NCBI GenBank assembly: GCA_038245405.1
Contig: JBBRSO010000002.1
Coordinates: 2,366 to 66,365, forward strand
From: Bacteroidales bacterium
GTDB taxonomy: Bacteria; Bacteroidota; Bacteroidia; Bacteroidales; VadinHA17
Direction of reading: 5' to 3'
DNA: 64,000 nucleotides
In this document: positions 46,079-56,503 of the stretch, in pieces
Numbering within the stretch: the first letter of the stretch is position 1
Layout of the letters: every line of letters starts with the position of its first letter
The notes under the pieces: model-generated
Databases searched by the model: none
What the model saw: only the letters and a program-made list of their open reading frames with translations
What the model was told of the DNA's origin: nothing
Translations under genes and position numbers: made by a program

Positions 46079-46083
46079 TAATT

Positions 46084-49000
46084 TCAGACTTTCACTCCCA
46101 TCAATAACACATCGTCCACCTGGTCGTAAGAGCCTTTCCATTCGAAATAAAACTTCGATATTGCAGCATGTTGTTCATCCATAGGTAGTTTTGAAATTTG
46201 CTCTATGAGTCGTTTTAACCTGGCAATCTTGAGTTTTTTACCGTCTTTCCCCCCGAACTGATCAGGGAACCCGTCGGAAAACAGATAAATTGTATCTCCT
46301 TCTTTCAGGTAATATTCCTGATCGTCAAAATATTTCTCCAAAACCGACTCTCCACCCACAGATGATCTGTTACCCTTTATATATACAGGTTCACCGTCGA
46401 TGACTATGATAACAGGTCGCATAGCAGATGCAAATCTTATGTGCCGGGTGGAGACATCAAATTCACATACAACCATATCCATACCATCATTGGATACTCC
46501 CAATTCAACATTTTGATTCAGAGTTGAGAAAATCTGTTTGTCGAGCATGCTTAGAATTTCCGACGGTTTTGAGATTCCCTTTCTTGTAACAATATCCTGG
46601 AGAAGTGTTGAGCCTATCATCGACATAAAAGCTCCCGGGACGCCATGGCCTGTGGAATCGGCGCAAACAAGAATAAACTTATCATCCGCTAACTTATCGA
46701 ACCAGTAAAAATCTCCGCTCACGATGTCGCGCGGGTGAAAAAAGATAAACGCATCCATGAAAGAGTCTTTCAGCTTATTTATATCAGGCAGGATACTGGT
46801 TTGTATTCTCTTGGCATAGTTTATACTATCAGTAATCTCAATATTCTGAAGTTCTATTTCACCCTTTTGCTTCATTACAACCCGTGTTCTTGCTTCAAGC
46901 TCCGTTTCAAGATATTCCTGCACTTTCTTTTGTTCCTTCTCTCTTTCCCTGACTATGAGAAGGACCAATCCGCTTAGAACTGCCAAGCTGCTAAGTATGA
47001 ACCACCAGGTTCTGTAGAATGGTTTTTTGATCAGGATTGTGAAGGATACAGGAGCTCCCTGCGACAATCCATCCTGGTTCACAGAAATGAGATTGAATGT
47101 ATACTTTCCATCGCTAAGGCTATAAAGAGCTTCCCGCGTAGTGGTCATTTTACTCCAATCGAGATCAAAGTTTTCGAGGTACGAGCTGTAATAGATTCTC
47201 TCCGGAGAGTTGAAACTGATACCGGAATAATAAATTTTGACCTTATATTTATTGTAGGGGAGGACAAATGAAGGTTTGTAAGGATAAGCGACATCATTTA
47301 TTTCAATTCTGTTTATATTATTAAATGGAGCAACAATAGTTTTCCTGTCCTTATTCCTGTCATAAATGATAAGACCTTGTGTAGTCCCTATAAATATTTT
47401 CTTATCGTCCGATTCAAACATCGCGCCGGGGTTACATATTCCCAGGCTGCTAAATTCCCTGCCTAAAGTGTGTATAGCTCCGGAGACTGAATTGATCCTT
47501 GAAATACCTTTATTGTGACCAACCCAAACATCCTCTTCCTTATCAGCCAGAATACTATAGCAATAATCCGACAACAGATCATTGGAACGAGAGATAGCTG
47601 TTATAGAGTCATTTATAAATCTGAATACTCCATTACCTTCTGTGGCTGCCCATATCGCACCGTCATCAGCTTTGGACAATGAAAGTATTTTATTTCGTGT
47701 ACTTCCGGTCATGGCAGAGTTTCCCTGTTTGATATTAAACCCTCTGTCAATACTGTAAAGTTTATCGCTCTCGGTAGCTATGTACGTGTCACCGTTTGTA
47801 ATAAGTAACTTATTGATACTGTTATGAGGAAGACTGTTGTTGATGTCGAATTTCTTTTTTAAGTTCCCTTCTTTATCAAGAACTACTACACCATTTGTAG
47901 TTGCAAGCCAAATATATTTTGAATCAACTTCAATATCCTTAATATCGTCAAGCCCCGAATCACCTGACCTGTAAAATCGCTTTATTGAGCCAGAATTGTT
48001 TCTTATATAGAGTCCGCCACCTCCAGTGCCTATCCACAGGTTCTTGTCATCATCGAGAAAATAGGATTTTATCTCAGTGGATCCTACAAGGCCTGCGAGG
48101 GAAGTAAAGGAGAGGGACATTCCTGTTTCCTCATCAAACATGTGAAAACCAGTGGGAGTACCCAATAAATATTTGTTATCGATTTTTTTTATATAGAGAA
48201 TATTGTTGCTCTGTCCGTTTTTCCCTGGCGAATAATAGGTCATGGAATTTGAAGCCAGCATTAATATTCCTTTCCCGTACATCCCAAACCAGTAATTGCC
48301 TTCAATATCCTGAAAGACAGTTCTTACATCATTATCGGGCAGACCCGAGTTTAAATCATAATGCTTTGCTGAAATCACTTTATCAAGATCCTCCGATAAA
48401 ACGAGCTGCACAACTCCTGATCCAAGCGTTGATACAAGAATGGATTTGCCGGAGTCTCCTGCTATAGTTTGCACAGTAGCGGATTTCAATTCATTCATTT
48501 CGGGCAGCCGGTTCAGATCATATCCCGTTTTTGTTAATTTTAAAGTATATAACCCATCGCCGTCAGTTCCCAGCAAAAATCCGTTCCCTGTCTTAAAGAT
48601 TGAAGTGATCCCATAAGAGTCGAAATCAGTAATTGTCTTTTTCACAACTACTGTATCTTTCCCCAAATTACAGATAAGAAGGCTCTCCTGTGTACCGAGG
48701 AGGAGATCGCCGGAATCAGTGAAAGCGCCGGAGAACAACACAGGCTCAACTGAAATTTCGTAATGATGGACCTCTTCCGGTTTCTGCGGATCCACAGAGA
48801 AAATCGATTTCCCCTGAGGTATGACATAAATAAGCCCATCAGGACCTTCAAGAATCTCACTAATGCTTCTGGTGGTGGAAACGGGAACCTTAATCAGCTT
48901 ATTGTCTTTCACATACAATACTGAACCATCGCTGCAACCAAACCATAAGGTTCCGTTTTTGTCTTTAAGGCTTTTGGTAGGATAACCTGTTTCTGAGGAA

Positions 49001-49236
49001 TCTGGATACTGAACCGGAAAAAACTGGTAACCATCGAAGCGGACCAGTCCATTTGCTGTTCCTACCCAGAGAAACCCATCATCTGACTGCACTATAGTAT
49101 AAAGGAAACCGTTTGGTATATTTTTTTCAGATCCATAATTTATGAAACTGTAAATCTGGCCGGTGATTAATGTTGGAAATAAAAATACAAACCCTAAGGC
49201 ACAGGTTAATATTTTCCTCTTAAAATTAAATCTCAT
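46084..49236 (-). CDS. sensor protein: two-component-regulator beta-propellers + Y_Y_Y domain + TM helix + SpoIIE/PP2C phosphatase
   Basis: 1050 aa. Repeated propeller blades (...LWVGT.NGL...), a Y_Y_Y-like segment (KVKIYYSGISFNSPERIYYSSYLENFDLDWS), a TM helix (WWFILSSLAVLSGLVLLIV) and a C-terminal PP2C/SpoIIE domain (...DIVSGDFYWF...CADSTGHGVPGAFMS...). Confidence 0.85.
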   Translation of the reverse strand: MRFNFKRKILTCALGFVFLFPTLITGQIYSFINYGSEKNIPNGFLYTIVQSDDGFLWVGTANGLVRFDGYQFFPVQYPDSSETGYPTKSLKDKNGTLWFGCSDGSVLYVKDNKLIKVPVSTTRSISEILEGPDGLIYVIPQGKSIFSVDPQKPEEVHHYEISVEPVLFSGAFTDSGDLLLGTQESLLICNLGKDTVVVKKTITDFDSYGITSIFKTGNGFLLGTDGDGLYTLKLTKTGYDLNRLPEMNELKSATVQTIAGDSGKSILVSTLGSGVVQLVLSEDLDKVISAKHYDLNSGLPDNDVRTVFQDIEGNYWFGMYGKGILMLASNSMTYYSPGKNGQSNNILYIKKIDNKYLLGTPTGFHMFDEETGMSLSFTSLAGLVGSTEIKSYFLDDDKNLWIGTGGGGLYIRNNSGSIKRFYRSGDSGLDDIKDIEVDSKYIWLATTNGVVVLDKEGNLKKKFDINNSLPHNSINKLLITNGDTYIATESDKLYSIDRGFNIKQGNSAMTGSTRNKILSLSKADDGAIWAATEGNGVFRFINDSITAISRSNDLLSDYCYSILADKEEDVWVGHNKGISRINSVSGAIHTLGREFSSLGICNPGAMFESDDKKIFIGTTQGLIIYDRNKDRKTIVAPFNNINRIEINDVAYPYKPSFVLPYNKYKVKIYYSGISFNSPERIYYSSYLENFDLDWSKMTTTREALYSLSDGKYTFNLISVNQDGLSQGAPVSFTILIKKPFYRTWWFILSSLAVLSGLVLLIVREREKEQKKVQEYLETELEARTRVVMKQKGEIELQNIEITDSINYAKRIQTSILPDINKLKDSFMDAFIFFHPRDIVSGDFYWFDKLADDKFILVCADSTGHGVPGAFMSMIGSTLLQDIVTRKGISKPSEILSMLDKQIFSTLNQNVELGVSNDGMDMVVCEFDVSTRHIRFASAMRPVIIVIDGEPVYIKGNRSSVGGESVLEKYFDDQEYYLKEGDTIYLFSDGFPDQFGGKDGKKLKIARLKRLIEQISKLPMDEQHAAISKFYFEWKGSYDQVDDVLLMGVKV

Positions 49237-49245
49237 ACAGGGATC

Positions 49246-50250
49246 TTATTTTTTAGGCTTCACTTTCTCATAACCCATCTTCGGTTGATATAAGGGGACC
49301 CCGCCAATAGGGGAACTGAAGAATTTCAGAGCATCACCTCTCTGGTTCTCTAATTTCATAACAACATTATTATTTTTCACCAATTCTTCCTGTCGTTTAT
49401 GAAACTGGAAATCCAGTGAAGCACCTACTTCAGGCTGTTCAATCAGGATCCTTGATTCTTTCTGATCGTCTTCATTTGATACCGGGACCGCGATTCCCTG
49501 CCTATACCTGGAAACAACAAGTATTTTACCGTCATTATCCCAGTCGAAGTTAGTTTGCTTTATATACACAATCCCTGTGTCGATATATGGATATATATGT
49601 GCAACACTTCTGAAATCATTCCACATCCTGAAGTGATATGCATAAGTAAAAGCGTTGGCCCCTTCAATCTGAAGATTACTCCCTTCCTCACTGCTGAGAA
49701 AATATTTGTAAAGATTTCCATCGTCGCCGCTAATTCCCTCGCACACTATCTTGAACATGTAACTGTTCCATTTGGCATTAAAATCTCCTTCTGAAGGGTT
49801 AAAAGGGCCAAAGCTGAAATACTTATTGTCATACTTAGCTTCGCTGCCAAAGATTTTAGAAGACAATAAATTACCTGACTTATAATTCATCCCTTTAACA
49901 AGTCCCTGTGATTCTTCATTTTTTTCCGGGTCAACACCTTTTCCTCCATACACAGAAAACTTAGTTTTTGTATTAAATTCACCCTGAATCTCATCATTCT
50001 CACCACCGCAATCAGGGTCAAAAACTCTTATGTAAAATGGTTTGGTATATTCCTTTGGAATGCTGAAGAAAAAAATCTGGTAAAAATCATTATCACCCCA
50101 TGAGGTCTTTCCCTCTTTTCCGAAGGTAACAAGGAATGGAATATTTTCATCTTTGCCTGGAACAGGTTGTCCCGAAACTTTCGAACACACCGGAAACCCA
50201 AGCAATAAAATCAGAAAGAGTATATTATATATCGATTTACTTAAATTCAT
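49246..50250 (-). CDS. hypothetical secreted protein
   Basis: The start was moved to ATG 50250 (MNLSKSIYNILFLILLLGFPVCS). No family recognised. It is co-directional and tightly packed with the T9SS locus. Confidence 0.55.
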   Translation of the reverse strand: MNLSKSIYNILFLILLLGFPVCSKVSGQPVPGKDENIPFLVTFGKEGKTSWGDNDFYQIFFFSIPKEYTKPFYIRVFDPDCGGENDEIQGEFNTKTKFSVYGGKGVDPEKNEESQGLVKGMNYKSGNLLSSKIFGSEAKYDNKYFSFGPFNPSEGDFNAKWNSYMFKIVCEGISGDDGNLYKYFLSSEEGSNLQIEGANAFTYAYHFRMWNDFRSVAHIYPYIDTGIVYIKQTNFDWDNDGKILVVSRYRQGIAVPVSNEDDQKESRILIEQPEVGASLDFQFHKRQEELVKNNNVVMKLENQRGDALKFFSSPIGGVPLYQPKMGYEKVKPKK

Positions 50251-50284
50251 TAGCGTCAAAATTATAATATTTTCAATACCAAGT

Positions 50285-51715
50285 TCAGTTGACCACAATT
50301 ATATTTTTTGATATACATGTCTCACGTGCCTCAGAGCCGGGCTCGGGTTCTTCTGTAACAATAAGCTGAATATTATATGTTCCGGGTTTTCTGTAGCTCT
50401 TGGAAACATCTGATCCTACTGCAACCGTCTCATCACCGAAATTCCAGTAATACCGCGAAATTTTCCAGCCTGGCAGATTAGTACTGTCTGCACTCAATGC
50501 AATATTAGTATTTGAATCAATCTTATCCGGAGCTGATATATAAGGCTGTTCAATTTCAGAAACAACAATAGTTTCTGTTTTTTCATTAAAGGAAACCTCA
50601 TTAGTAATTAGATTTACCGCATCAAGTGTAACAATATAAACACCCGGTTTATCGAAACAATGCTCCACGGAGGAACCTGTAGCCATCTTACCATCGCCGA
50701 ATTTCCATTCATAACGGAAAGGCATTGTATCATATCTGACAGCATTTTCTTCGAAGAATCTGTAACAATAGTTATTCTCCTGCAAGGTGTCGCAAACAGC
50801 TTTTCTGATTATTGTAGATTCAAATCTGTAAATATCATCCTCATTCCGCCTGTTCGAAGCAAAGTATCCTGTCTGCTGATTAGCATCAGCTACGTAAGCA
50901 AAGTCGTCGTAGGTAGAATTTATCGGTTCGGGAAGAAGGATCGGAGTATCCCAGGTACCTCGGGTTAATGTTGTAAAGTAGACGTCCATACCACCATATC
51001 CGCCTGGTCTGTCAGATGTGAAATATAATTTGCCTGAACGATGCATATAAGGGTAAATCTCTGATCCAGCTGTATTCACTGTTGGTCCAAGGTTTACCGG
51101 AGCCGACCAGTCTCCGTTAATAAATTCGCAATAATAAAGATCTGATTTACCGCTGCCGCCTGGTTTATCTGACGCAAAAAAGATGTATTTTCCATCGCTG
51201 CTTATTGAGGGCTGACCTATATCGTACTGAGGGTCATTATATTTAAATGGCCTGATCGGACCAAGCTCCGATCCATTCAGCTCAGCTATGAAAATCCCGC
51301 TGTGATTTTTGTAATTCTTGTTTTCCGCTATTTTCCCTGTTTCAACTTCACTTGTGAAATAGATGGTTTTGCCATCAGGAGCAACGCAAAAAGGACCGAT
51401 ATTGAACTTTGTGCTGCGTTCACTTTTTAATACACGTGGTCTGTCGAATCCTGAGGAATCTCTTTTTTCTGCGAGATATAAGTCATATAAACGCCTTCCA
51501 TTAAAATCTGTGCGATCGGTGATACCGCTAAACCTTCTGTCGGAACAAAAAAGTATGCCATCCTTCATGATAACCGGTGATATTTCGCTGAACCCGACTG
51601 TATTGAAATTCATTCGCTTCACTTTGTATACTGAGGGCTGCTGAGCTATTGCCAACGGGCATATCAGAGCCATGAGGAGTGCAATTACTAATATTTTAAA
51701 ATTCCTTTTCACCAT
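50285..51715 (-). CDS. PD40/TolB-like beta-propeller + tandem PKD domain protein
   Basis: 476 aa. Signal peptide, PD40-like repeats (...PSISSDGKYIFFASDKPGG..DLYY...; ...LYFTSDRPGGYGGMDVY...) and two PKD-like modules (YEWKFGDG..., YYWNFGDE...). Confidence 0.75.
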   Translation of the reverse strand: MVKRNFKILVIALLMALICPLAIAQQPSVYKVKRMNFNTVGFSEISPVIMKDGILFCSDRRFSGITDRTDFNGRRLYDLYLAEKRDSSGFDRPRVLKSERSTKFNIGPFCVAPDGKTIYFTSEVETGKIAENKNYKNHSGIFIAELNGSELGPIRPFKYNDPQYDIGQPSISSDGKYIFFASDKPGGSGKSDLYYCEFINGDWSAPVNLGPTVNTAGSEIYPYMHRSGKLYFTSDRPGGYGGMDVYFTTLTRGTWDTPILLPEPINSTYDDFAYVADANQQTGYFASNRRNEDDIYRFESTIIRKAVCDTLQENNYCYRFFEENAVRYDTMPFRYEWKFGDGKMATGSSVEHCFDKPGVYIVTLDAVNLITNEVSFNEKTETIVVSEIEQPYISAPDKIDSNTNIALSADSTNLPGWKISRYYWNFGDETVAVGSDVSKSYRKPGTYNIQLIVTEEPEPGSEARETCISKNIIVVN

Positions 51716-51717
51716 AT

Positions 51718-52683
51718 TTAAAAATACCTCGTATTAGCAGTACTCACTTTATATCCAAATTCATATCGTATTATAAATTCACTTGAACCTTTTGAATATG
51801 TATTCATCCTCCCCACCGGATAATCGTAAGAGAAACCAAACATTAACTGTTGATTAAGCTGAACCTGCAGAATACCTACAACCACCTGCTCTGATGTTCT
51901 CCACGAACCGCCAATCCATACCAGGTCGCCAAACATAAAATTACCGTTTATATCGAACTGGGTCAGTTTTTTTGTATTATCAAGTGAGTAATCGATAAGA
52001 AGAGACGGTTTGAATTTTAGTGCCGGTGTAAAAACAATAAGACCTCCGCCTGAGAAAATTAAGTCATATTTTTTTAAGTCATGAAAAACTTCCACCGTAC
52101 TGTTTGAAGAGTTTTTCCTGTAGCTAAGGAAAGATGGAATTGATATCCCGGCAAATAATTTTTCACTGAAGTAGTAAACACCTGCTCCTATATTTGGCAG
52201 AAAATATGGTTTTTCATTACCCGTGAATACCGGATCATTCAATGTTGTTGTAACCAAGCCGGAGTAATCGGTGTTTGACCTGTCAAATCCACCTTTCAAT
52301 CCGAACGATAATTTTCCGCTTTTCAGTTTAATATGATAAGCATAGCTGGCATATAAACTCTGCGATTTAGTGAATCCAAACTGCATGAACTGAGCCATTA
52401 ATCCCAGACCGATCTTATCGTTTTTCATTGGCGCGTTTAATGAAATAGTCTGAAATACCGGAGCATCAGGGATTCCCATCCATTGCATCCTGTATGATAA
52501 AAACCCGCTAAGCGAACCTCGTGTACCGGAATATGCAGGGTTTATCAGCAAGCCATTCTGCAGATACTGGCTATAAACCGGGTAACCCAGACTAATCCCT
52601 GTGGAATCAGCTATTGCCTGTCCGGGAACATATGTAAATAATGACAGAAATATAAAGACGAATAATGATTTGAATTTATTCAT
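51718..52683 (-). CDS. PorP/SprF-family type IX secretion system membrane protein
   Basis: Start at ATG 52683 (MNKFKSLFVFIFLSLF). The longer ORF start at 52722 overlaps the upstream stop (TGATG). ...NPAYSGTRGSLSGFLSYRMQWMGIPDAPVFQTISLNAPM... is the PorP/SprF signature. Confidence 0.85.
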   Translation of the reverse strand: MNKFKSLFVFIFLSLFTYVPGQAIADSTGISLGYPVYSQYLQNGLLINPAYSGTRGSLSGFLSYRMQWMGIPDAPVFQTISLNAPMKNDKIGLGLMAQFMQFGFTKSQSLYASYAYHIKLKSGKLSFGLKGGFDRSNTDYSGLVTTTLNDPVFTGNEKPYFLPNIGAGVYYFSEKLFAGISIPSFLSYRKNSSNSTVEVFHDLKKYDLIFSGGGLIVFTPALKFKPSLLIDYSLDNTKKLTQFDINGNFMFGDLVWIGGSWRTSEQVVVGILQVQLNQQLMFGFSYDYPVGRMNTYSKGSSEFIIRYEFGYKVSTANTRYF

Positions 52684-52721
52684 CCTTTTAAAATCTCTTT
52701 GTTGTTTAATTAACTGCGACA

Positions 52722-55700
52722 TCAGTATCTTTTCAGTATAATAAACCCGCTCTTTTTAAACACCGAGGCATTAGTCTTCTTTAATGTAAGATTCAGCATA
52801 TAATAGTATGTCCCTTCCGGAAGCTCAAGTCCTTTACCGTTTTTACCGTTCCACGATACCGAAGTCTGACCGTTCCTGTTTGAGCTCTTATAAACTTCTG
52901 TACCTGCGCCATTAACAATCCTGAGGTCAGCATAATGAACATCCAGATCAAGTCCCTCAATTATAAAAGTATTATTATAAGGATCTTCGTTGGGGGAAAA
53001 CCCCTGTGGGAATAAATCTTTGTATACATTAATATTAACTGTGTCGGAAAGTTTGCATGGTCCTCTGTGTACGGTCCACAGGAAAGCATTAGCACCTAAC
53101 AGCAGATTGCTGGCAGTTGCATCATTCCTGGTTGAATCACTAAATCCAAATGCGCTATTATTCAAAGGTTTCCATACTCCGGTCTCACCCGACAACGGAG
53201 AAACTGCTTTTAAATGGTAAATTCTCTGTATTGAGAATATATTATCATCAGGCCCTGCGTCTATCTGGCTTAAAGGCAGCGGGTCAATTGAGATATCAAA
53301 GACATTGGAGGTATTCTGACAGGTATTTTTCAGACCCGATGTAACATATCGCCTGTATTTCATCGGAGATGACAATGCAGGTGGCTGATAATCACTAGTA
53401 TTATTTATGAGTGATGCAGACTTCCATGTTAAACCTCCATCTGAGCTCTCCTGCCATAAATAAGTATAAGAAGCAGATCCACCTGAAATGGTTGCTCCTG
53501 TAATAACCTTTGGCACAAGAAATTTACATACTGCTGAGGTGCCTGAAATTGTATTATTGGTTATGAGTGGTAAAATATTCACATTAACAGTAGAAGCGCT
53601 TACAACAAGACATGCTCCGGATACTACCTGTCTTTTATAATAAGTTGGCGCAGACAGAGCCGGAGGGTCATAATCACGTAAGGTACCACCTGTTGGGATC
53701 TGTGTCCATGTTACGTTATCTGTTGATGACAACCAGAGATAGGCATAGCTGTTGATGCCTCCTGTTGGCACAGTGCCGATCAATCTGTCAGGATTTCCGC
53801 CATTGCAAAGGGTCGTATCAGTTCCTGATGATAAAAGTGAAATGCTGTTATTAAGAATAGAATTATGGGCAGTTATGGTTATAATATTACTGATATTTGA
53901 ACAGGCTGAAGATATGACGCTGCGCCTGAAATCAGTAGTCACAGTTAGAGCTCCGGGGGAATACACAGCCGATGTGATACCTGATACAGTAGTCCATGGA
54001 AGTGTACTTGTTCTGTATTCCCATGAATATGCATATGCATTATTGCCACCGGAAATAACAAGTGAATCGATAAGTGCAGGTGGTATTGATCCCGAGCAAA
54101 TTGGCTTATTAACTGAATTTGTTTTAATTGCATTATTTACAATTACCGGGTAATCATTTAGCTTAACAGAAGCGCTGTTATCAACACAAACATCGTTGAT
54201 GCCCGACTTTACCACTCTTCGGTAATAAAGACTCCCCGGGAATGATGCTGAAGACTCATTGGGATTGAAACCACCTGCAATTATTACACCTGCTGCAGGT
54301 GTCCATCCGGAAACACCGCTAAGGCTCGACTCCCATGAGATCCTGTAGATAAGATCACCGCCGGTTAAAACGGGCTGAGTGGTGGCTGTAATATCCAGGA
54401 AAGAACTTCCGTAACAGATATCGGGAGGAGTGTTTGTGATATTATTATTTGTGATAACAGGTATGATTGTGATTTTTGCGATAGCAACAAAGTCAACACA
54501 TCTTCCGGAAGTGACAGTTCTTCTGTACCACGATGTTACTGTTAATCCGTTAGGAGGCGTATACCCTTCCGCGGTATTTGCGTTCACAGGCAGGTTAAAG
54601 TTGATGTTATCCAGGCTTACCTCCCATTTGAAAGTATAGATCCCATTGCCATCCTGTAAGGTGGCCATTGAAGTAAGGGGGATTGGATCCTGACCAAGAC
54701 AATATGTATCTGAATTGCCGACAATATTATTTTTTATAAAAGGCTGAACAACTATCTGAACAGATTTACTAACATCGACAAGGACATCAGGGGCTGAAGA
54801 AGTTATTGTTCTTCTGAACCAGACCGTTGAAGTTTCTATCACTGTTGGCGTATAGTTTAAAGGATCTGCATCGTTTGTAAGAGGAGTCCACAGGACCTGA
54901 TTAAAACTCTTCTCCCACAGATAAGTATAGGGACCATTTCCACCCACGGGCTTAGTGCCAATTATCTTTTTTGGGAGAATATTTGAACAGATTGAGTCAA
55001 TCTGATTTCCTGTTACAGATGAGCTGATAGAGTTAAATAAGAAGCCATTCAGTACAGCTTTGAAACCGAGTCTTTTTTCACCGGCTGTACCTCCGGTGGC
55101 TGTAGATCCACTGCCATTGCCAGGTGATCCGCCTGTCATTGTGAGAATAGCATTCGCAGAGGTATTTGTGCTTACGTATACTAATCCGCCGGAGCCGCCG
55201 CCGCCTTCACCAAAAGATCCGGGATTATCACCACCATTACCGCCTGTTGCCGAGAAACCAATAGAGGATGTTCCGTAGCTGTTCAGTGAAAGGGCAATCG
55301 ATCCTCCTGCGCCACCTCCACCTGAACCGCCCATCCCGGTTTTATTAGTACCATTAGCGCCGTTAGAAAGTATATTTCCACCATTACCGGCAATAGCGTC
55401 GGCTACAATTATTACAATTCCGCCACCGTTGCCTCCGTTCGAAAGTGCACCAGTAGGAAAAGAAGTTGAAGCTCCACCTCCACCACCTAAATAAATTCTG
55501 TCGAGCAGGGAAGGATGGGCAGCGATAACACCTCCGTTACCTCCGGATTTTGCAGGAAAACAATCTTCAAATCCTCCAACGCCGCCGGAGCCCCGGTTCG
55601 ATCCGCCGCCGCCGCCTGAATATCTCCCGTTTCCGCCGCCACCACCGGTCCAGTTATTACCGGAACCCTTCATGTAGTTTGTTCCCAGGGGCATATTGGA

Positions 55701-56366
55701 TTCATTTAAATTTGCAACACCTTCGCCCTTGAAACCAGCATTTAAAAAGCTCTCCGGGTAAAATTCCAATCCATAAAGAACTGTATTTGTATTCCAGCAA
55801 ATTCCGTCACCTATTACATCTTTCCCCCCTGTAAAACCAAGACCGGAAACATCTATGTCAGAATTAAGAGTTAATGTTCTTGCAACGATCATGGCGAGTA
55901 CTCCGCCCGATTTTGTAACCGGGTTCCAGGGATCGCAGAAGAGCTTACCTGTGACGGTAGCGCTGTTAAAATACGGCACCCTTACTATCTGGACATTCCC
56001 ATTTACATTGTAACCATTAATAATATTATTTCTGAATACAATTTCCCTTGTAAAAATATTTACACTTAGGATAATCATAAATTCATGCATCCCCGGCTCA
56101 CCCGATTTTCCCTGAGCGAATCCATAAGTTGCTACAGTAAGGATCTGAACTCCCTGCATCTGGATTAATAAAATCGTATCGTTTATAGCAAACCCCGCAA
56201 CGTTATCTACGATAACCCTGTCGACACCAATTACAGATACATGAGATTTTGGCTGGTTCAGGTTTCCCGACAGATTATTCTGAGATAGTAAAACCACACT
56301 GCTAAGTGCCAGTATCAGTGAACTAAGTGTAAGTCTTTTGCAAAAATGATGAAAAAAACCAGTCAT
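52722..56366 (-). CDS. large T9SS-secreted adhesin-like protein with a gliding-motility-associated C-terminal (CHU_C) domain
   Basis: The start is probably ATG 56366 (MTGFFHHFCKRLTLSSLILALSSVVLL). Order of parts: an N-terminal domain, a Gly-rich segment, about 7 Cys-containing Ig-like repeats (...GG.G.Y.Y.W...S.....W....YRR.V.S..C...), then a C-terminal ...FSPNEDPYNNTFIIEGLD...EGTYYYML... Confidence 0.85.
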   Translation of the reverse strand: MTGFFHHFCKRLTLSSLILALSSVVLLSQNNLSGNLNQPKSHVSVIGVDRVIVDNVAGFAINDTILLIQMQGVQILTVATYGFAQGKSGEPGMHEFMIILSVNIFTREIVFRNNIINGYNVNGNVQIVRVPYFNSATVTGKLFCDPWNPVTKSGGVLAMIVARTLTLNSDIDVSGLGFTGGKDVIGDGICWNTNTVLYGLEFYPESFLNAGFKGEGVANLNESNMPLGTNYMKGSGNNWTGGGGGNGRYSGGGGGSNRGSGGVGGFEDCFPAKSGGNGGVIAAHPSLLDRIYLGGGGGASTSFPTGALSNGGNGGGIVIIVADAIAGNGGNILSNGANGTNKTGMGGSGGGGAGGSIALSLNSYGTSSIGFSATGGNGGDNPGSFGEGGGGSGGLVYVSTNTSANAILTMTGGSPGNGSGSTATGGTAGEKRLGFKAVLNGFLFNSISSSVTGNQIDSICSNILPKKIIGTKPVGGNGPYTYLWEKSFNQVLWTPLTNDADPLNYTPTVIETSTVWFRRTITSSAPDVLVDVSKSVQIVVQPFIKNNIVGNSDTYCLGQDPIPLTSMATLQDGNGIYTFKWEVSLDNINFNLPVNANTAEGYTPPNGLTVTSWYRRTVTSGRCVDFVAIAKITIIPVITNNNITNTPPDICYGSSFLDITATTQPVLTGGDLIYRISWESSLSGVSGWTPAAGVIIAGGFNPNESSASFPGSLYYRRVVKSGINDVCVDNSASVKLNDYPVIVNNAIKTNSVNKPICSGSIPPALIDSLVISGGNNAYAYSWEYRTSTLPWTTVSGITSAVYSPGALTVTTDFRRSVISSACSNISNIITITAHNSILNNSISLLSSGTDTTLCNGGNPDRLIGTVPTGGINSYAYLWLSSTDNVTWTQIPTGGTLRDYDPPALSAPTYYKRQVVSGACLVVSASTVNVNILPLITNNTISGTSAVCKFLVPKVITGATISGGSASYTYLWQESSDGGLTWKSASLINNTSDYQPPALSSPMKYRRYVTSGLKNTCQNTSNVFDISIDPLPLSQIDAGPDDNIFSIQRIYHLKAVSPLSGETGVWKPLNNSAFGFSDSTRNDATASNLLLGANAFLWTVHRGPCKLSDTVNINVYKDLFPQGFSPNEDPYNNTFIIEGLDLDVHYADLRIVNGAGTEVYKSSNRNGQTSVSWNGKNGKGLELPEGTYYYMLNLTLKKTNASVFKKSGFIILKRY

Positions 56367-56503
56367 TATTTCAGTATCAGGACTGCTAATATAACTATTA
56401 TCTTGAATATAATTATTGACTTGCATGTCAAGACGAAGAATGTTGGTCAAAATTGTGGCGGGAAAAGGTCATTAGCCGGCTGCTCTCTACACACCATTTA
56501 TGT

